Assembly (NCBI GenBank): GCA_963783305.1
Contig: CAWAMW010000015.1
Location: 32,001-96,000, forward strand
Direction of reading: 5' to 3'
DNA: 64,000 nucleotides
From: an uncultured Gemmatimonadales bacterium
GTDB lineage: Bacteria; Gemmatimonadota; Gemmatimonadetes; Longimicrobiales; RSA9
Part shown: one piece after another, positions 29,102 through 40,000 of the stretch
How positions within the stretch are numbered: position 1 is the first letter of the stretch
How the letters are laid out: the number at the start of each line of letters is the position of its first letter
Made by a program: the position numbers and the translations under genes
Notes under the pieces: generated by a model
Told to the model about the DNA's origin: nothing
The model's database searches: none
Seen by the model: only the letters and a program-made list of their open reading frames with translations

Positions 29102-30310
29102 ATGTCCACCGGCCGTATATACGTCAAGCACGCTCTGACCCGCTCTCTGGCGCGGGTGCTCCTCAGCACGGCTTTCCTCGGACCGACCTTCCTCGGACCG
29201 ACCTTCCTCGGACCGACGCTCCTGGGATCCGCACTGCTCATCACCGCGCCGGCGCGGGCGACCGCGCAGGGCGTAGAGGTGACCGTCGGGGACGTGGGCC
29301 TGGGGATCGGGCCGGTACCCCGGATCGACGGGCTCCGCGTGAACTTTCGCGACGACTATCGCCTGGAGAGAGTCCGTGGCGTCAACGCCACCATCTGGGC
29401 TCCCCATGATGACATCCAGGGGGACGTCTACGGGCTCGCGCTCGGCCTCCCCCTCACCGGCGCGCGTAACCTTGCAGGCCTCGGACTGGGCGCGGGCATC
29501 GCCGTTCACGGCGACTTTCGAGGCATCGCGGTTGCTCCCATCGGCATGGGTAGTGGCGGCGACCTCGGCGGCGTGGTCATAACCGGGATCGGTGTGGGCG
29601 CGGGAAACGACGCGCACGGGATCGTCGTGGGCGGGATCGGCGTCGGCGCGGGAAACCGCCTGTCGGGTATCGCCGTCGGAGGAGTGGGTGTCGGAGCCGG
29701 GAACAGCGCCACGGGAGTACTGGTGGGGGGCGTGGGAGCGGGCGTCGGCAACAGCATGCGCGGGATCGCCCTGGGCGGCCTCGGCGCGGGTGTGGGCAAC
29801 AGCATGACGGGCCTCCTCGTCGGCGGCCTCGGCGTGGGAACGGGCAGCGACCTCACGGGGATCGGAGTGGGCGGCCTCGGGGTCGGCGTCGGCAACCAAA
29901 TCACCGGAATCGCGCTCGCCGGGGGGGGGATCGGCGCGGGCAACGGGATAAAGGGCATCGCTCTGGCCGGCCTTGGCATCGGGTCGGGCGGCCACCTCCG
30001 CGGCCTCTCGGTGGCAGGGCTGGGCATCGGCGCGCCCCGCATCACCGGCCTCGCCGCGGCGCTGGCCGTCGGTGGGCAGGACATTCACGGGCTGGTGCTC
30101 GCCCCCGCCTATTTCCGACTGGAGGAAGACGGGCAGCTTCGGGGAGCCGCAGTGAGCGCGTTCAATGATTTACGGGGGGAGCAGCGCGGACTGGCGATCG
30201 GCCTCGTCAATATCGCCCACGAGCTTCATGGGCTGCAGATCGGCATCATCAACATCGCCCGGAACAAGGATTCGTTCCCCATCATGCCCATATTCAACTA
30301 CCACCCGTAG
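29102..30310 (+). CDS. secreted glycine-rich repeat (beta-solenoid-like) protein
   Basis: Signal peptide ending ARATA-Q; about 11 tandem 16-aa repeats such as GIAVGGVGVGAGNSAT; ends GLQIGIIN...MPIFNYHP. Confidence 0.8.
   Translation: MSTGRIYVKHALTRSLARVLLSTAFLGPTFLGPTFLGPTLLGSALLITAPARATAQGVEVTVGDVGLGIGPVPRIDGLRVNFRDDYRLERVRGVNATIWAPHDDIQGDVYGLALGLPLTGARNLAGLGLGAGIAVHGDFRGIAVAPIGMGSGGDLGGVVITGIGVGAGNDAHGIVVGGIGVGAGNRLSGIAVGGVGVGAGNSATGVLVGGVGAGVGNSMRGIALGGLGAGVGNSMTGLLVGGLGVGTGSDLTGIGVGGLGVGVGNQITGIALAGGGIGAGNGIKGIALAGLGIGSGGHLRGLSVAGLGIGAPRITGLAAALAVGGQDIHGLVLAPAYFRLEEDGQLRGAAVSAFNDLRGEQRGLAIGLVNIAHELHGLQIGIINIARNKDSFPIMPIFNYHP
29174..29218 (+). repeat. 15-bp tandem repeat x3 (FLGPT) in the signal-peptide region
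   Basis: TTCCTCGGACCGACC twice exactly, plus a third copy differing at the last base. Confidence 0.9.
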
Positions 30311-30336
30311 CGTCGGCATGACCTTTCAGGAGGCAT

Positions 30337-30351
30337 GGGTACGCGGCTTGC
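30337..30351 (+). promoter_or_regulatory. sigma54-like -24/-12 motif
   Basis: GGGTACGCGGCTTGC with canonical GG-N10-GC spacing, 40 nt before ATG 30392. Confidence 0.45.
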
Positions 30352-30391
30352 GAATAGCTCCACCACCATGAACCCTCCCACGGAGAAAAAC

Positions 30392-30685
30392 ATGAGAACG
30401 CTAGCACCCCTGTTCCTGCTACTCGCACTCCCCACCTTTGCGGCGGCCCAGCAGGCGGATGTGACCGATGAGGCGCCGGTGGTCGAACTCCAGCAGAGCA
30501 CCGCTGCGCCGACCGTCAGCCCCGCCTCGATGAACGCCGACGCACCGGCACCGGACGTTGAGATCCAGAGCCGAGACATCCCCGCTGAGAACCCCGCTGC
30601 GATGCAGGACGCCGGATCCCGCCAGTGGTGGTACCTCGTGGGGGCCATCGTGGTCGGCGGACTGATCCTCGCCGTCCTGCTCTAG
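30392..30685 (+). CDS. small secreted protein with C-terminal membrane anchor
   Basis: Signal peptide (…FAAA-Q), Ala/Pro/acidic linker, terminal WWYLVGAIVVGGLILAVLL. Confidence 0.7.
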   Translation: MRTLAPLFLLLALPTFAAAQQADVTDEAPVVELQQSTAAPTVSPASMNADAPAPDVEIQSRDIPAENPAAMQDAGSRQWWYLVGAIVVGGLILAVLL

Positions 30686-30851
30686 CGGGACTACATCACA
30701 CTCCACGCAAAGCAGGACACATGAAGGAAGCGCCCGTAGCTGCCGTGCGGGCGCTTCCCCATCCTGACCCTCACGTCGGCCAGTGCTTGCCTGTCGACCT
30801 GGTTTCGACAATGAGTTCTGTGGCACCCCCCGGTGCAAGGAGGCTGTGCAC

Positions 30852-31841
30852 ATGAAGCCGATCCGCCACGTCCCGCGCTCATTACGTGCGACCACGCTCC
30901 TCGCTCTGGTCCTCGGTCTGACACCCGGGTGCGCAGCGTTCGGCGCCGGACCGCATGCAAACCGAACCACGGACCCGATCAGCTCGCCCGTTCCGGGCGG
31001 CACTCTTCAAACCGTGAACGGCACTCGTCTCTACGTCCGCACCGAGGGCAGCGGCGCTCCGGTGCTCCTGGTGCACGGCGGACCTCTCCTCGACCATGGC
31101 TACCTGGTGGCGCCCTTCAGTCCGCTCCGCACCAAATACCAGCTGGTATTCTATGATCAGCGGCTCAGTGGGCGGTCTGAGGGCCAGGTGGACAGCGCCT
31201 CTGTCACCCTGGCGCAGTTTGTGGCGGATATCGAGGGGGTTCGGGAGGCACTCGATCTCGAGCGGATTCACCTGGTGGGCCACTCCTGGGGCGGGCTGCT
31301 GGCGATGAAATACGCGCTCGCTCACCCGGAGCGACTGCGGTCGCTCGTGCTCGTGAGCCCCATGGCACCGACGGCCGAGCTTTGGCGTGCGGAGGAGGCG
31401 GCGCTGCAAAGATCCCTCGAGCCCACGGACACGGCCGGGCTCGGTGAGCTCCGCGCGTCCCCCGCCGTCGCGGCCCGGCATCCTGCGGCGATCGAGCGGC
31501 TGCTCCAGCTCTCCTTTCGGGCCCAGCTGCATGACCCTGCCCTTGCGGACCGACTCCGGTTCGAGATCCCCGAAGACTACGCGGCGCGCGGCCGTCAGTT
31601 CGCGCGGGTGACGCCGGAGCTGTCGAACTACGACCTGCTGGGCTCGCTCCGCGCGCTGCGGGTGCCGACGCTGCTCGTTTACGGCGGCTCCGAGGCGGGT
31701 GCGAGCATCGGCGCTGAGGCACTGCGCGCGGCGGTGCCGAACCTGGTCGTCGAAGTCATCCCCAACGCCGGTCATTTTGCGTTCCTGGAACAGCCGGAGA
31801 TCTTCCGCCGGATCCTGGAGCGGTTCCTCGAGGGCACCTGA
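30852..31841 (+). CDS. alpha/beta hydrolase, proline iminopeptidase-like (S33), lipoprotein
   Basis: HGGP, YDQR, GHSWGG, AGHF motifs. Confidence 0.88.
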   Translation: MKPIRHVPRSLRATTLLALVLGLTPGCAAFGAGPHANRTTDPISSPVPGGTLQTVNGTRLYVRTEGSGAPVLLVHGGPLLDHGYLVAPFSPLRTKYQLVFYDQRLSGRSEGQVDSASVTLAQFVADIEGVREALDLERIHLVGHSWGGLLAMKYALAHPERLRSLVLVSPMAPTAELWRAEEAALQRSLEPTDTAGLGELRASPAVAARHPAAIERLLQLSFRAQLHDPALADRLRFEIPEDYAARGRQFARVTPELSNYDLLGSLRALRVPTLLVYGGSEAGASIGAEALRAAVPNLVVEVIPNAGHFAFLEQPEIFRRILERFLEGT

Positions 31842-31919
31842 CTTGCACTCTGCCGTACAGTGGACGGCCGGCACGGGCGATCGCTCCGGCCGTGTCATTT
31901 TGTCGAGCAAAGGAGCGAC

Positions 31920-32546
31920 ATGAGCGATCTGAAGCTGGCCATCGTGTACTACAGTACGTACGGGACGAACCACGAGATGGCGGAGCTTGCGGCGGAGGCC
32001 GCGCGAGAGGCGGGGGCGGAGGTCCGGGTCCGGAAGGCACGGGAAACGGCACCGCGGGATGTCGTGGAGTCGCAGGACGCGTGGAAGGCCCAGGAGGCGC
32101 GCACGTCCAATGTGCAGGAGGCCTCGCCCGACGACCTGGTGTGGGCGGACGCATTCCTGTTCAGCGCTCCTACGCGCTACGGCGGCGCCGCCAGCCAGAT
32201 GCGGGCGTTCATCGACACGCTCGGCCCGATCTGGAAGGAGGGCAAGCTGGTGGACAAGACATTCAGCGCCATGACGAGCGCCGAGAACGTCCACGGCGGT
32301 CATGAGACGACGCTGCAGACCCTCTACGTCTCAGCCATGCACTGGGGCGCGATCCTGGTTCCGCCGGGCTACACGGACGCGTCGATCTTCGAGGCGGGCG
32401 GCAATCCGTACGGCGCGAGCGTCGCTGCGGGCGCCGATGGGATCACCGAGGGCATCGAGAAAGCGATCCAGCACCAGACGCGCCGGCTCCTGGACGTGAC
32501 GGCGCGCCTTCAGCGCGGGTCCGAGGCGCACCAGGAAGCCAGCTGA
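31920..32546 (+). CDS. wrbA: NAD(P)H:quinone oxidoreductase WrbA
   Basis: [40 protein letters not shown]. Confidence 0.92.
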   Translation: MSDLKLAIVYYSTYGTNHEMAELAAEAAREAGAEVRVRKARETAPRDVVESQDAWKAQEARTSNVQEASPDDLVWADAFLFSAPTRYGGAASQMRAFIDTLGPIWKEGKLVDKTFSAMTSAENVHGGHETTLQTLYVSAMHWGAILVPPGYTDASIFEAGGNPYGASVAAGADGITEGIEKAIQHQTRRLLDVTARLQRGSEAHQEAS

Positions 32547-32550
32547 ATCG

Positions 32551-34104
32551 TCAGGCGTCCGGCGACGCGGCCACCCTTCGGAAGGTCGCGAAGCCCGGGA
32601 TCGTCAGCTCCCCGACCGTGCCGGCGGCGTCCAGCGCAAACGTCACGTCATCATGGCCGTATCCGGCCCGCCGCCAGGTGGCGCGGAACGTGTCGAAGTG
32701 CCAGTGCCCGAGGTCGGCCACGTAGTCGGCGGAATAATGCAGCACGAGCCCACCCTCCTCCATGGTGACGCGGACATCGCCGAAGAGGCGGTCGCGGTAT
32801 GTGCCGGTGTATTCCTCCAGCGGCAGCGACGGCCGGGTGTCCAGCACACGCGCTGCGTCGTGTTCCGCCGACCGCTCCTCCGAGCGTTCCGCGGAGCGCG
32901 TGGAGAGGGCCAGGTACTCCGCGCTCCAGTCGGTTTCAGGGACGCCCAGAAGGGCATCGAACACGCGGAACATGAGGGCCGTCTGGAGTTGACTCGAGCT
33001 CAGATTCGCCAGCACCACGACCGCGATCCCCTCCTCCGGTATCATGGCCACCTGCGTCCGCATGAAGTTCACCGCGCCGGTGTGCTGGACGATCTTGTGG
33101 CCGTGGTAGTCCTGCATACGCCAGCCGAGCCCGTACGCGCGGAAGTGGGTGGACGGGAACATCCGACGATCGACGCTGTCGCTTGACATGACCATCTGCG
33201 GCTCGTGCATTTCCGCGATGGCGGCTGAATCGAGAAGTCGGCGTCCTTCGAACTCGCCGTAGTTCAGCTGGAGCCGGAGCCACTGCGCCATCTCCCACGC
33301 GCTGGAGAAGACGGAGCCGGCGGGCCCGAGGGCATCGTAGTCGCGATGATCGATGGCTATGACTCGACCATCGGAAAGCACGTGTGAGCCGGACACGTTG
33401 TCGCGCCGGGCGACCACAGCGGACCGGGGCGTGCTGCGCTCCATCCCCAGGGGCTCGAACAGGCGCGTCTCGATGAACGTGGCCCACGGCACGCCCGCCG
33501 CCGCCGCCAGCACCTCGCCCGCCACCATGTACATGATGTTGTTGTAGCCGTACCCGCCCCTGAACTCGCTCGACTGCGGGAGGTATCGCGCCCGCCGCAC
33601 GATCTCCGCGCGATCGAAGGGCGCCGCGATCCACACGTTGTCGCTCCTGGAGACGCCCGTGCGGTGCGTCAGCAGATCGCGGATGGTCACGTGACGCGTG
33701 ACGAACGGGTCCTCCAGCTGGAACTCGGGGAGGTAGCGGGTGACGGGGTCGTCCCAGTCGAGGACGTCTTCCGACACCAGCATCCCGAGGCCGGCCACGG
33801 TCATTGCCTTGGTGGTGGACGCGATGGCGAAGAGCGTGTGCTCGTCCACGGGAGCGCCGGAGCCAAGACGGCGCTCACCGAATCCCCGCGCATATACCAC
33901 CCGGTCGTCCTGCACCACGGCAATGGCCAGTCCGGGGATCTCCCACTCCCGGACGGCCTGCTCGATGTACGAGTCCAGCCCCGACAGGCGCTCGGGCACC
34001 GTGGGTGCGGCCGGGAGCGTGGCCACCTGCGCCGACACGGGCGAGCCCAGGAACAGCCCCAGGAGCAGCAGCAGAACAGGACGAACGCGATCTATGGCTT
34101 GCAT
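32551..34104 (-). CDS. serine hydrolase (S12/AmpC-like) with C-terminal DUF3471-like domain
   Basis: ASTTK (SxxK), LLTHRTG, YNN, HTG motifs; signal peptide. Confidence 0.9.
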   Translation of the reverse strand: MQAIDRVRPVLLLLLGLFLGSPVSAQVATLPAAPTVPERLSGLDSYIEQAVREWEIPGLAIAVVQDDRVVYARGFGERRLGSGAPVDEHTLFAIASTTKAMTVAGLGMLVSEDVLDWDDPVTRYLPEFQLEDPFVTRHVTIRDLLTHRTGVSRSDNVWIAAPFDRAEIVRRARYLPQSSEFRGGYGYNNIMYMVAGEVLAAAAGVPWATFIETRLFEPLGMERSTPRSAVVARRDNVSGSHVLSDGRVIAIDHRDYDALGPAGSVFSSAWEMAQWLRLQLNYGEFEGRRLLDSAAIAEMHEPQMVMSSDSVDRRMFPSTHFRAYGLGWRMQDYHGHKIVQHTGAVNFMRTQVAMIPEEGIAVVVLANLSSSQLQTALMFRVFDALLGVPETDWSAEYLALSTRSAERSEERSAEHDAARVLDTRPSLPLEEYTGTYRDRLFGDVRVTMEEGGLVLHYSADYVADLGHWHFDTFRATWRRAGYGHDDVTFALDAAGTVGELTIPGFATFRRVAASPDA

Positions 34105-34156
34105 GGTTCTCCAGTACCCTCGGTAGGTGAACAGTTCTCCGCAGGCGGCTCGCCGG

Positions 34157-35497
34157 CTACGGTCGCTCGGGTGCCCCGCCTTCCATGCGGTAGCGTACAC
34201 GTTTGCCGAGCGGGTCCTCGGCAATGACGAAATGGGCGGGCGCGTTCAGCGCCAGCCCGCCGGCAGAGTCGAGCGCCTCCTGAAGAGGGACGAGAAAGAG
34301 CCCATCCACGCGCAGCGTGTCCTGGGCCAGGGTGCCCTCCAGATCGCCAATGTCGCGGATCGTCCCGCCGCGCCTCAGCAGCGACTCCTCGTAGCCGATG
34401 AGGACGTCCGCCTCCAGGAGCGGAAGCCCGGGCACCGCGATGGTGCCACCGGTGATGAGCAGCTCCTCGGGCTGGGGTCCGTTCTCCGGCAGGGCCTGGT
34501 AGTCGGCGATGTCGTACGCTCCGTAGGACCCGGTTGCTATGGCCTGGAGCCCGCTCAGGATGGCGACGAAGTTGGCTCGCCGCAGATGCTGCTTCTGCGG
34601 GTCGTCACGCCAGCCGCCGGCCTCGATGAGCACGGTGCTGGCGCCCCAGGCGCCCACCAGGTCGCCGAAGGCCCGTGGATTGAACGTGTCGTCGTAGCGC
34701 GCCACATGGCCCCCGACCAGCGGCTCCAGCGCCCGCGCCATGACGGCGGCCACCTGCATCGCCCGGTGCCGCTTCCCATCAATGTCACGAGCCTCGTTGA
34801 ACGCCGGAGCCAGGAGCGCGATCGCGACCTGCTTCCCCGTGTCGCCCACCCGCGTGGCCGGACTCTGATCGTGCAGGTTGAAACCGAAATCCGGCTGGAC
34901 CACATCCCGGACCGCCTTCAGGATTCGACCCTCCGGAGTCTGGAGCCGCCGCGCGTCCCGGTTGATGTCGATCCCCTGCGCGTTCCGCCGCTGGAATCGC
35001 GCGGCGCCATCGGGGTTCAGGATCGGCACGATATGGATCGTGGCGCCCTCCGCCAGCCGACGGGCCATGGGGTGGTCCGGCTCCTCGTGGAGAAATCGGA
35101 GGAGGTCGGCGAGGGCCATGGTGGCCGTGCTCTCGTCCCCGTGCATCTGCGACCACAGGAGCACGCGAACGGGACCCGAGCCGTAGGTGATCCTGCGGAT
35201 CTCCCGGCCTTCGGCGCTGGTCCCCGCCACCTCGACCTGGAACGACTCCAGGTACGGATCCACCGCGTCCCAGAACGCGGAGGGCTGGAAGCGGCGGTCC
35301 TCCAGACCCGGCACCCGCACGGTCTCATGGAGCCGGATGAGGTCTTCTGATTCGGTCGATATGGTCATTTCGGAAGGGTTCGATGCGGGCGATGGGGCCC
35401 GCACTCCGGCGCAGCCGGAGGCAACGAGTGCGGTGGTCCCTGCCGCGGCCATTCTCGCGGCGAGTCGGACGGTGCGCGAGCGCATGGTATGGCGCAT
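34157..35497 (-). CDS. M14 family zinc carboxypeptidase, lipoprotein
   Basis: SQMHGDE, NPDG, DINRD, FNLHDQ, LIEAGG. Confidence 0.9.
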   Translation of the reverse strand: MRHTMRSRTVRLAARMAAAGTTALVASGCAGVRAPSPASNPSEMTISTESEDLIRLHETVRVPGLEDRRFQPSAFWDAVDPYLESFQVEVAGTSAEGREIRRITYGSGPVRVLLWSQMHGDESTATMALADLLRFLHEEPDHPMARRLAEGATIHIVPILNPDGAARFQRRNAQGIDINRDARRLQTPEGRILKAVRDVVQPDFGFNLHDQSPATRVGDTGKQVAIALLAPAFNEARDIDGKRHRAMQVAAVMARALEPLVGGHVARYDDTFNPRAFGDLVGAWGASTVLIEAGGWRDDPQKQHLRRANFVAILSGLQAIATGSYGAYDIADYQALPENGPQPEELLITGGTIAVPGLPLLEADVLIGYEESLLRRGGTIRDIGDLEGTLAQDTLRVDGLFLVPLQEALDSAGGLALNAPAHFVIAEDPLGKRVRYRMEGGAPERP

Positions 35498-35533
35498 GGT
35501 CTCCTGACGTGCGAGGACGCGTGGGCAAAGCGA

Positions 35534-35562
35534 ACGGCCCCGCCCCGTGGGGGCGGAGCCGT
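35534..35562 (-). terminator. GC-rich hairpin downstream of the SusD-like gene
   Basis: ACGGCCCCGCCCC-loop-GGGGCGGAGCCGT; short U-tract on the minus strand. Confidence 0.55.
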
Positions 35563-35591
35563 CGCGTTGCTGCCCCGGCCGGCGGAGGGGA

Positions 35592-37034
35592 TCAGCTCCC
35601 CATCCACCAGACCGGGCTGTTCAGTGTGGCGCCGCCCTGCCGCGCCTTCGCGGCTTCCACCGCGGTCCGGTTCAGCGACTCCTCGAGACCGGGGTAGAAC
35701 AGACGCACCGGGATCCGGCCGTCGTTCAGCGCGTCCGGCCCCGCCACGAGCGCCGGGACACCCGTGCGCCGCCACTCGGCGTACGCCTCGGCACCATTGC
35801 CGAACAGGGCGATCCACTTCTGCAGCGCGATCTGGTCGAGGCCCTCGGCGTCACCCTGGTAGGCGATCTCCGGCTGCGCCAGGTACGCCGTGATTTCGGC
35901 GTCATCGATCCCGTTGAACTCCATGGCCGCCCGGATGCCGGCGGCGTACAGCGTCGCGGCATCGCCACCGATCCACTCGCGCTCCGCCGCCTCAGCCTGC
36001 AGGAGCAGAAGCTCGGCGTAGCTCATGAGCACGCCCGGTGAGTCGGCGCTGCTGTAGAAGGTGCCAATGAGCGATACCTTGTCGAGCGGCGGGTCGACGA
36101 TGACCCCGTTCGGGGCGCCCCAGTACTCGCCGTCGGAGTTGGTCTGGGCGTAGACCGCCAGCCGCGGGTCGTCCAGCCCTCGCAGCGTCTCGATCATGGT
36201 CTCACTGACCGAGTGGTCGTTCCGGCCGAGCATGTACTCGTGGATCGGATGCCGGTTCAGGCCGTTGTCTACGTACCAGAGGATCGCGTTGTCAGCGTTC
36301 GACTGGAACCCGCCGCCGGCGAACGCGTCAGCGAACTCCAGAGCGGCCACCCCCGGCTCCACCTCCGACATCCGCATGGCCACGCGCATGCGCAGGGAGT
36401 TGGCGAACCTCTCCCACCTCTCCATGTCGCCGTCGTAGATGAGATCGGCCGAGCCGATCGTGAGTCCGTCCGGATCGACCATGTCCGCGGCCGCCCCGAG
36501 CTCCTCGAGGAACGCGTGATACACGTCCTGCTGGGGATCGTAGCTGACCGTGAGGTCGCTGCCGATCTCGCGGCCGTTGAGCGCCGCGGAATACCCGATG
36601 TCACCCCACAGGTCCGTGACCACCTGGGCGGTCCACACCTTCATCACCATCCCCATGGCCACGGTATTCGGCCGATCGTCCTCCTGGCCCTTCCGGATCA
36701 CCTCCTGGAAGTCCTCCAGCGGACCCGAGTAGAACCCGGACCACTGACCGTCCACCCGCGAGTCGGTGAGCTCGTACCGGTCCTCGATCGTGTACTCGTG
36801 CTCCACGTAGTGCTGCGCCCACAGACCCGCCAGGTCCAGGTTGACCGAGTTGCCGATCACCCGGCTCACGGACGCTTCCACCGCGTTCGCGAACAGGTAC
36901 GAGGCGCTCACGTCCACCGGGTCGTTCGGGTTCTCGTTCAGCTCCGCGAGCCCCGAGTCACACCCTACGGCGGTCAGCGCCACGAGTCCCGCAGCGCCCC
37001 ACCCCTTCAGTCTCTTCATCGTATGTATCATCAT
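35592..37034 (-). CDS. SusD/RagB family nutrient-binding lipoprotein
   Basis: Lipobox AVGC, NENPN, TDLWGDIGYS, WERFANSLRMR, IALQKWIAL, EAYAEWRRTG. Confidence 0.92.
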   Translation of the reverse strand: MMIHTMKRLKGWGAAGLVALTAVGCDSGLAELNENPNDPVDVSASYLFANAVEASVSRVIGNSVNLDLAGLWAQHYVEHEYTIEDRYELTDSRVDGQWSGFYSGPLEDFQEVIRKGQEDDRPNTVAMGMVMKVWTAQVVTDLWGDIGYSAALNGREIGSDLTVSYDPQQDVYHAFLEELGAAADMVDPDGLTIGSADLIYDGDMERWERFANSLRMRVAMRMSEVEPGVAALEFADAFAGGGFQSNADNAILWYVDNGLNRHPIHEYMLGRNDHSVSETMIETLRGLDDPRLAVYAQTNSDGEYWGAPNGVIVDPPLDKVSLIGTFYSSADSPGVLMSYAELLLLQAEAAEREWIGGDAATLYAAGIRAAMEFNGIDDAEITAYLAQPEIAYQGDAEGLDQIALQKWIALFGNGAEAYAEWRRTGVPALVAGPDALNDGRIPVRLFYPGLEESLNRTAVEAAKARQGGATLNSPVWWMGS

Positions 37035-37056
37035 GTCTGTACCGTGGATTCGGGGG

Positions 37057-40000
37057 TCAGGGCGTGAGAACGACGGAGAATCCGAACGTCCGGGCCGTGG
37101 GCATCTGGGCGTACTCGAAGCCCTGTACGTTGCCCGAGTTGAACGCGGTCTCGGGGTCGATATGCGGCACGTCCGACCACAGGGCCAGGTTCCGGCCGAC
37201 GAAGGCCACCTCAGCCGCCGCCACCCGCAGCCGTTCCGTCCAGGCCGCCGGCAGTCTGAAGCCCACGCGGACCTCGCGCAGCTTCATGTACGTGGCGTCG
37301 TACGTGTGCGCCTCGGTGATCCCACCCAGGCCGCGCCAGTAGTCCTGGGCGTCCACGACGATGTCGTTCGGGACCGTGTCGCCATCGACGACCATCACGC
37401 CCGGCACGACGAGCCCGCCGCCCTCTTCGGGCGTACGGCCGTTCTCGCGGCCCTGGAGCGTTTCGATCAGCACGCCCGACCGCTGGCCATACCGGTTCGT
37501 CATCGAGTAGACCAGGCCGCCCTGCTGCCCGTCCAGAAGCACGTGGGCAGAGAACGGACCGTACTCGAACCGGTTGCGTAGCCCCCAGCTCCAGTCCGGG
37601 TTGTAGTTGCCCAGCAGTCCGTTCGGGTTCTCCGACGAGTTGAGTGGGCGGCCGTTGCTGCCGACCACCACGTTGCCCTGGCTGTCGCGGACGTATTTGC
37701 GCCCGTACATCGCGCCGTAGGGCTCACCCACGCGGGCCTCGACGCTCACGCCGTAGTAGGTGTCCAGAACCAGCGTCTCCAGGCCCTTGGCCAGCTCCAC
37801 CACTTCGTTGCTGTTCCGGCTGTACGTGGCGCTCGTCTCCCAGCGGAACCCGTTGTCGAGCCGGACCGGGACCGCGTCCACCATGACCTCGATGCCCCGG
37901 TTCGAGATGGTCCCGGCGTTCATGACCCGGGAGGTGAAGCCGGTGAGCGGCGTGACCTCGACGGGCACGATCTGGTTGCTGGTCTCGGCGTTGTAGTACG
38001 TCAGATCGAAGCCCAGCCGGTCCTGCAGGAATCGCATCTCACCGCCGATCTCCCACGACTCCGTTTGCTCCGGCTTCAGGTTGAAGTTGCGCAGGCGGTT
38101 GCTCGCGGTGAAGCGGGGCTGGCTGTTGAACGGCTGGTCCGCCAGGTACGGATCCACGAGCTGGTACGCCGCAGCGTCGTTACCGACCTGCGCCCAGCCG
38201 ACCCGCAGCTTGGCGTAGCCGGCGTACGGCAGGTCCACCAGATCGCTCACGATCAGGCTCGACGAAATGGACGGATAGAAGTACGAGTTGTTGCTCTCCG
38301 GCAGCGTCGACGACCAGTCGTTGCGCGCCGTCGCCTCGACGAACCACACGTCACGGAACCCGAAGTTGGCCGCGCCGTACAGGCTGTTGACCCGCGTCTC
38401 CTCGCGGTAGTCGGACATGCTCGGCGTGACGGCCGCGTTGCCCAGGTCGTAGAGCCCTGGCACGACCAGCTCGCTCGCGTATGCACCCAGCGAGTTGTAG
38501 TTGTTGTCCCGGCGGCTGCCGCCGAAGTTGCCGCTCAGCGACATCCCCTCGAGCCCCGGCATCTGTGCGCTCAGCAGGAAGTCCAGGTTGGTCTCCTGCC
38601 GGGAGATCGACGTCTCACCGAATGCCCCCGTGGGCGACGAAACCGACTTGGTCCCGGCGGCGAAGACGTTCTTCCGATGCTCGCTGGACACGTCGGTCCC
38701 TCCCCGGAGCATCAGGTCGAGCCACGGCATGAAGCCGTAGGTCACCGAGCCGCTCCCGATGAAGCGGTTCCGGTCGTCCCAGTTGCGGTCCTCGAGCTGC
38801 GTCCAGTACGGGTTGTTGTTCCACCGCGTGTTCCAGTTGAACTGACTCCCGTCAGGGTTGTACCGACGCGCACGCAGCAGGTCGGTGTCCACCTGGCGGC
38901 CGAACCACACGAACTGCCACATCACATTGTCCTCCCCGTATCCCTGCGCCGGCCGGTTCTCGGCCCCGGCGTTCAGGTACTGGAGTGACGCGTCCGCCCG
39001 CAGCCGGTCCGCGAGGTTGGCGCCACCGCTCACGGACACCGTGGTCCGCTCCTGCTTGAAGCCCGGCAGCATCCCGTCCTGGTTCAGGTTGGCCAGCGAC
39101 AGTCGCACGCTCGCGTTCTGGTCGCCGGCGGCCAGGGAGACGCTGTTGTTCATCGTCAGCCCGGTCTCGAAGAAATCCTCGACGTTGCCCGGGTGCGAGT
39201 TGAACGGGGCCGGCTCATCCCCGTAGAGGGGCTGGACGATCATCTCGCCGGCATCGAGCTTCGGGCCCCAGCTCTCGTCCCACGTGGCGCCGTAGCTGCC
39301 CCGGGAGCCCTGGCCGTACATGTTCTGGTACTCGGGAAGCTTGAGCGGCGTCTCGAACGTGATGTCCGACCGCGCCGTGATCCCGGAGCCCGTCCCTTGC
39401 ACGCCCTTCTTGGTGGTGATGATCACCGCACCGTTGGCGGCCCGCGAGCCGTAGAGCGCCGCCGCGTTCGGCCCCTTCAGGACCGAGATCGACTGGATGT
39501 CGTTCGGGTTCAGGTCCTGGACCAGGTTGCCGTAATCAATGGCGTTGTAGCCGCGCGTCCCGTCCGTGGACGCCGCGTTGCTCACTGGCACGCCGTCCAG
39601 CACGAACAGCGGCTGGTTGTTGCCGGTGAGGGAGTTCACGCCGCGGATCACCATCCGTGCCGATCCGCCCGGCGTGTTCGAGCTCCGGATGTGGACGCCG
39701 GAGATCTTGCCGGTGAGCGAGCTCACCAGGTTCGATTCGGGCGCGCGCGACAGCTCTTCACCACTCAGCGACTGCACCGCCGTGGTCAGCTCCCGGCGTG
39801 GCCGCTCGATCCCCAGCGCCGTCACCACGATCCCGTCCAGGGCCACGGCCTCCTCGGAGATCCGGAAGTCGACCCGGACCGTCTCGCCCGACCGCACGTC
39901 CGCCGTGTGCGTCAGGTCCGCGTAGCCGATGGACTGTGCCACTACCTCCACCGCGCCTGCCGGTACGCCGGCGATGCGGTAGCGGCCGGCGCGGTCCGAA

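Noticed and set aside
29500..30050. CRISPR-like periodic DNA
   Set aside because: The 48-bp periodicity is degenerate at third codon positions and encodes protein repeats; there are no identical repeats with unique spacers and no cas genes.
30821..30837. sigma54 motif TGGCAC...GTGCA before the alpha/beta hydrolase
   Set aside because: GG to GC spacing is one base too long, although it spans a C-run where a slip is possible.
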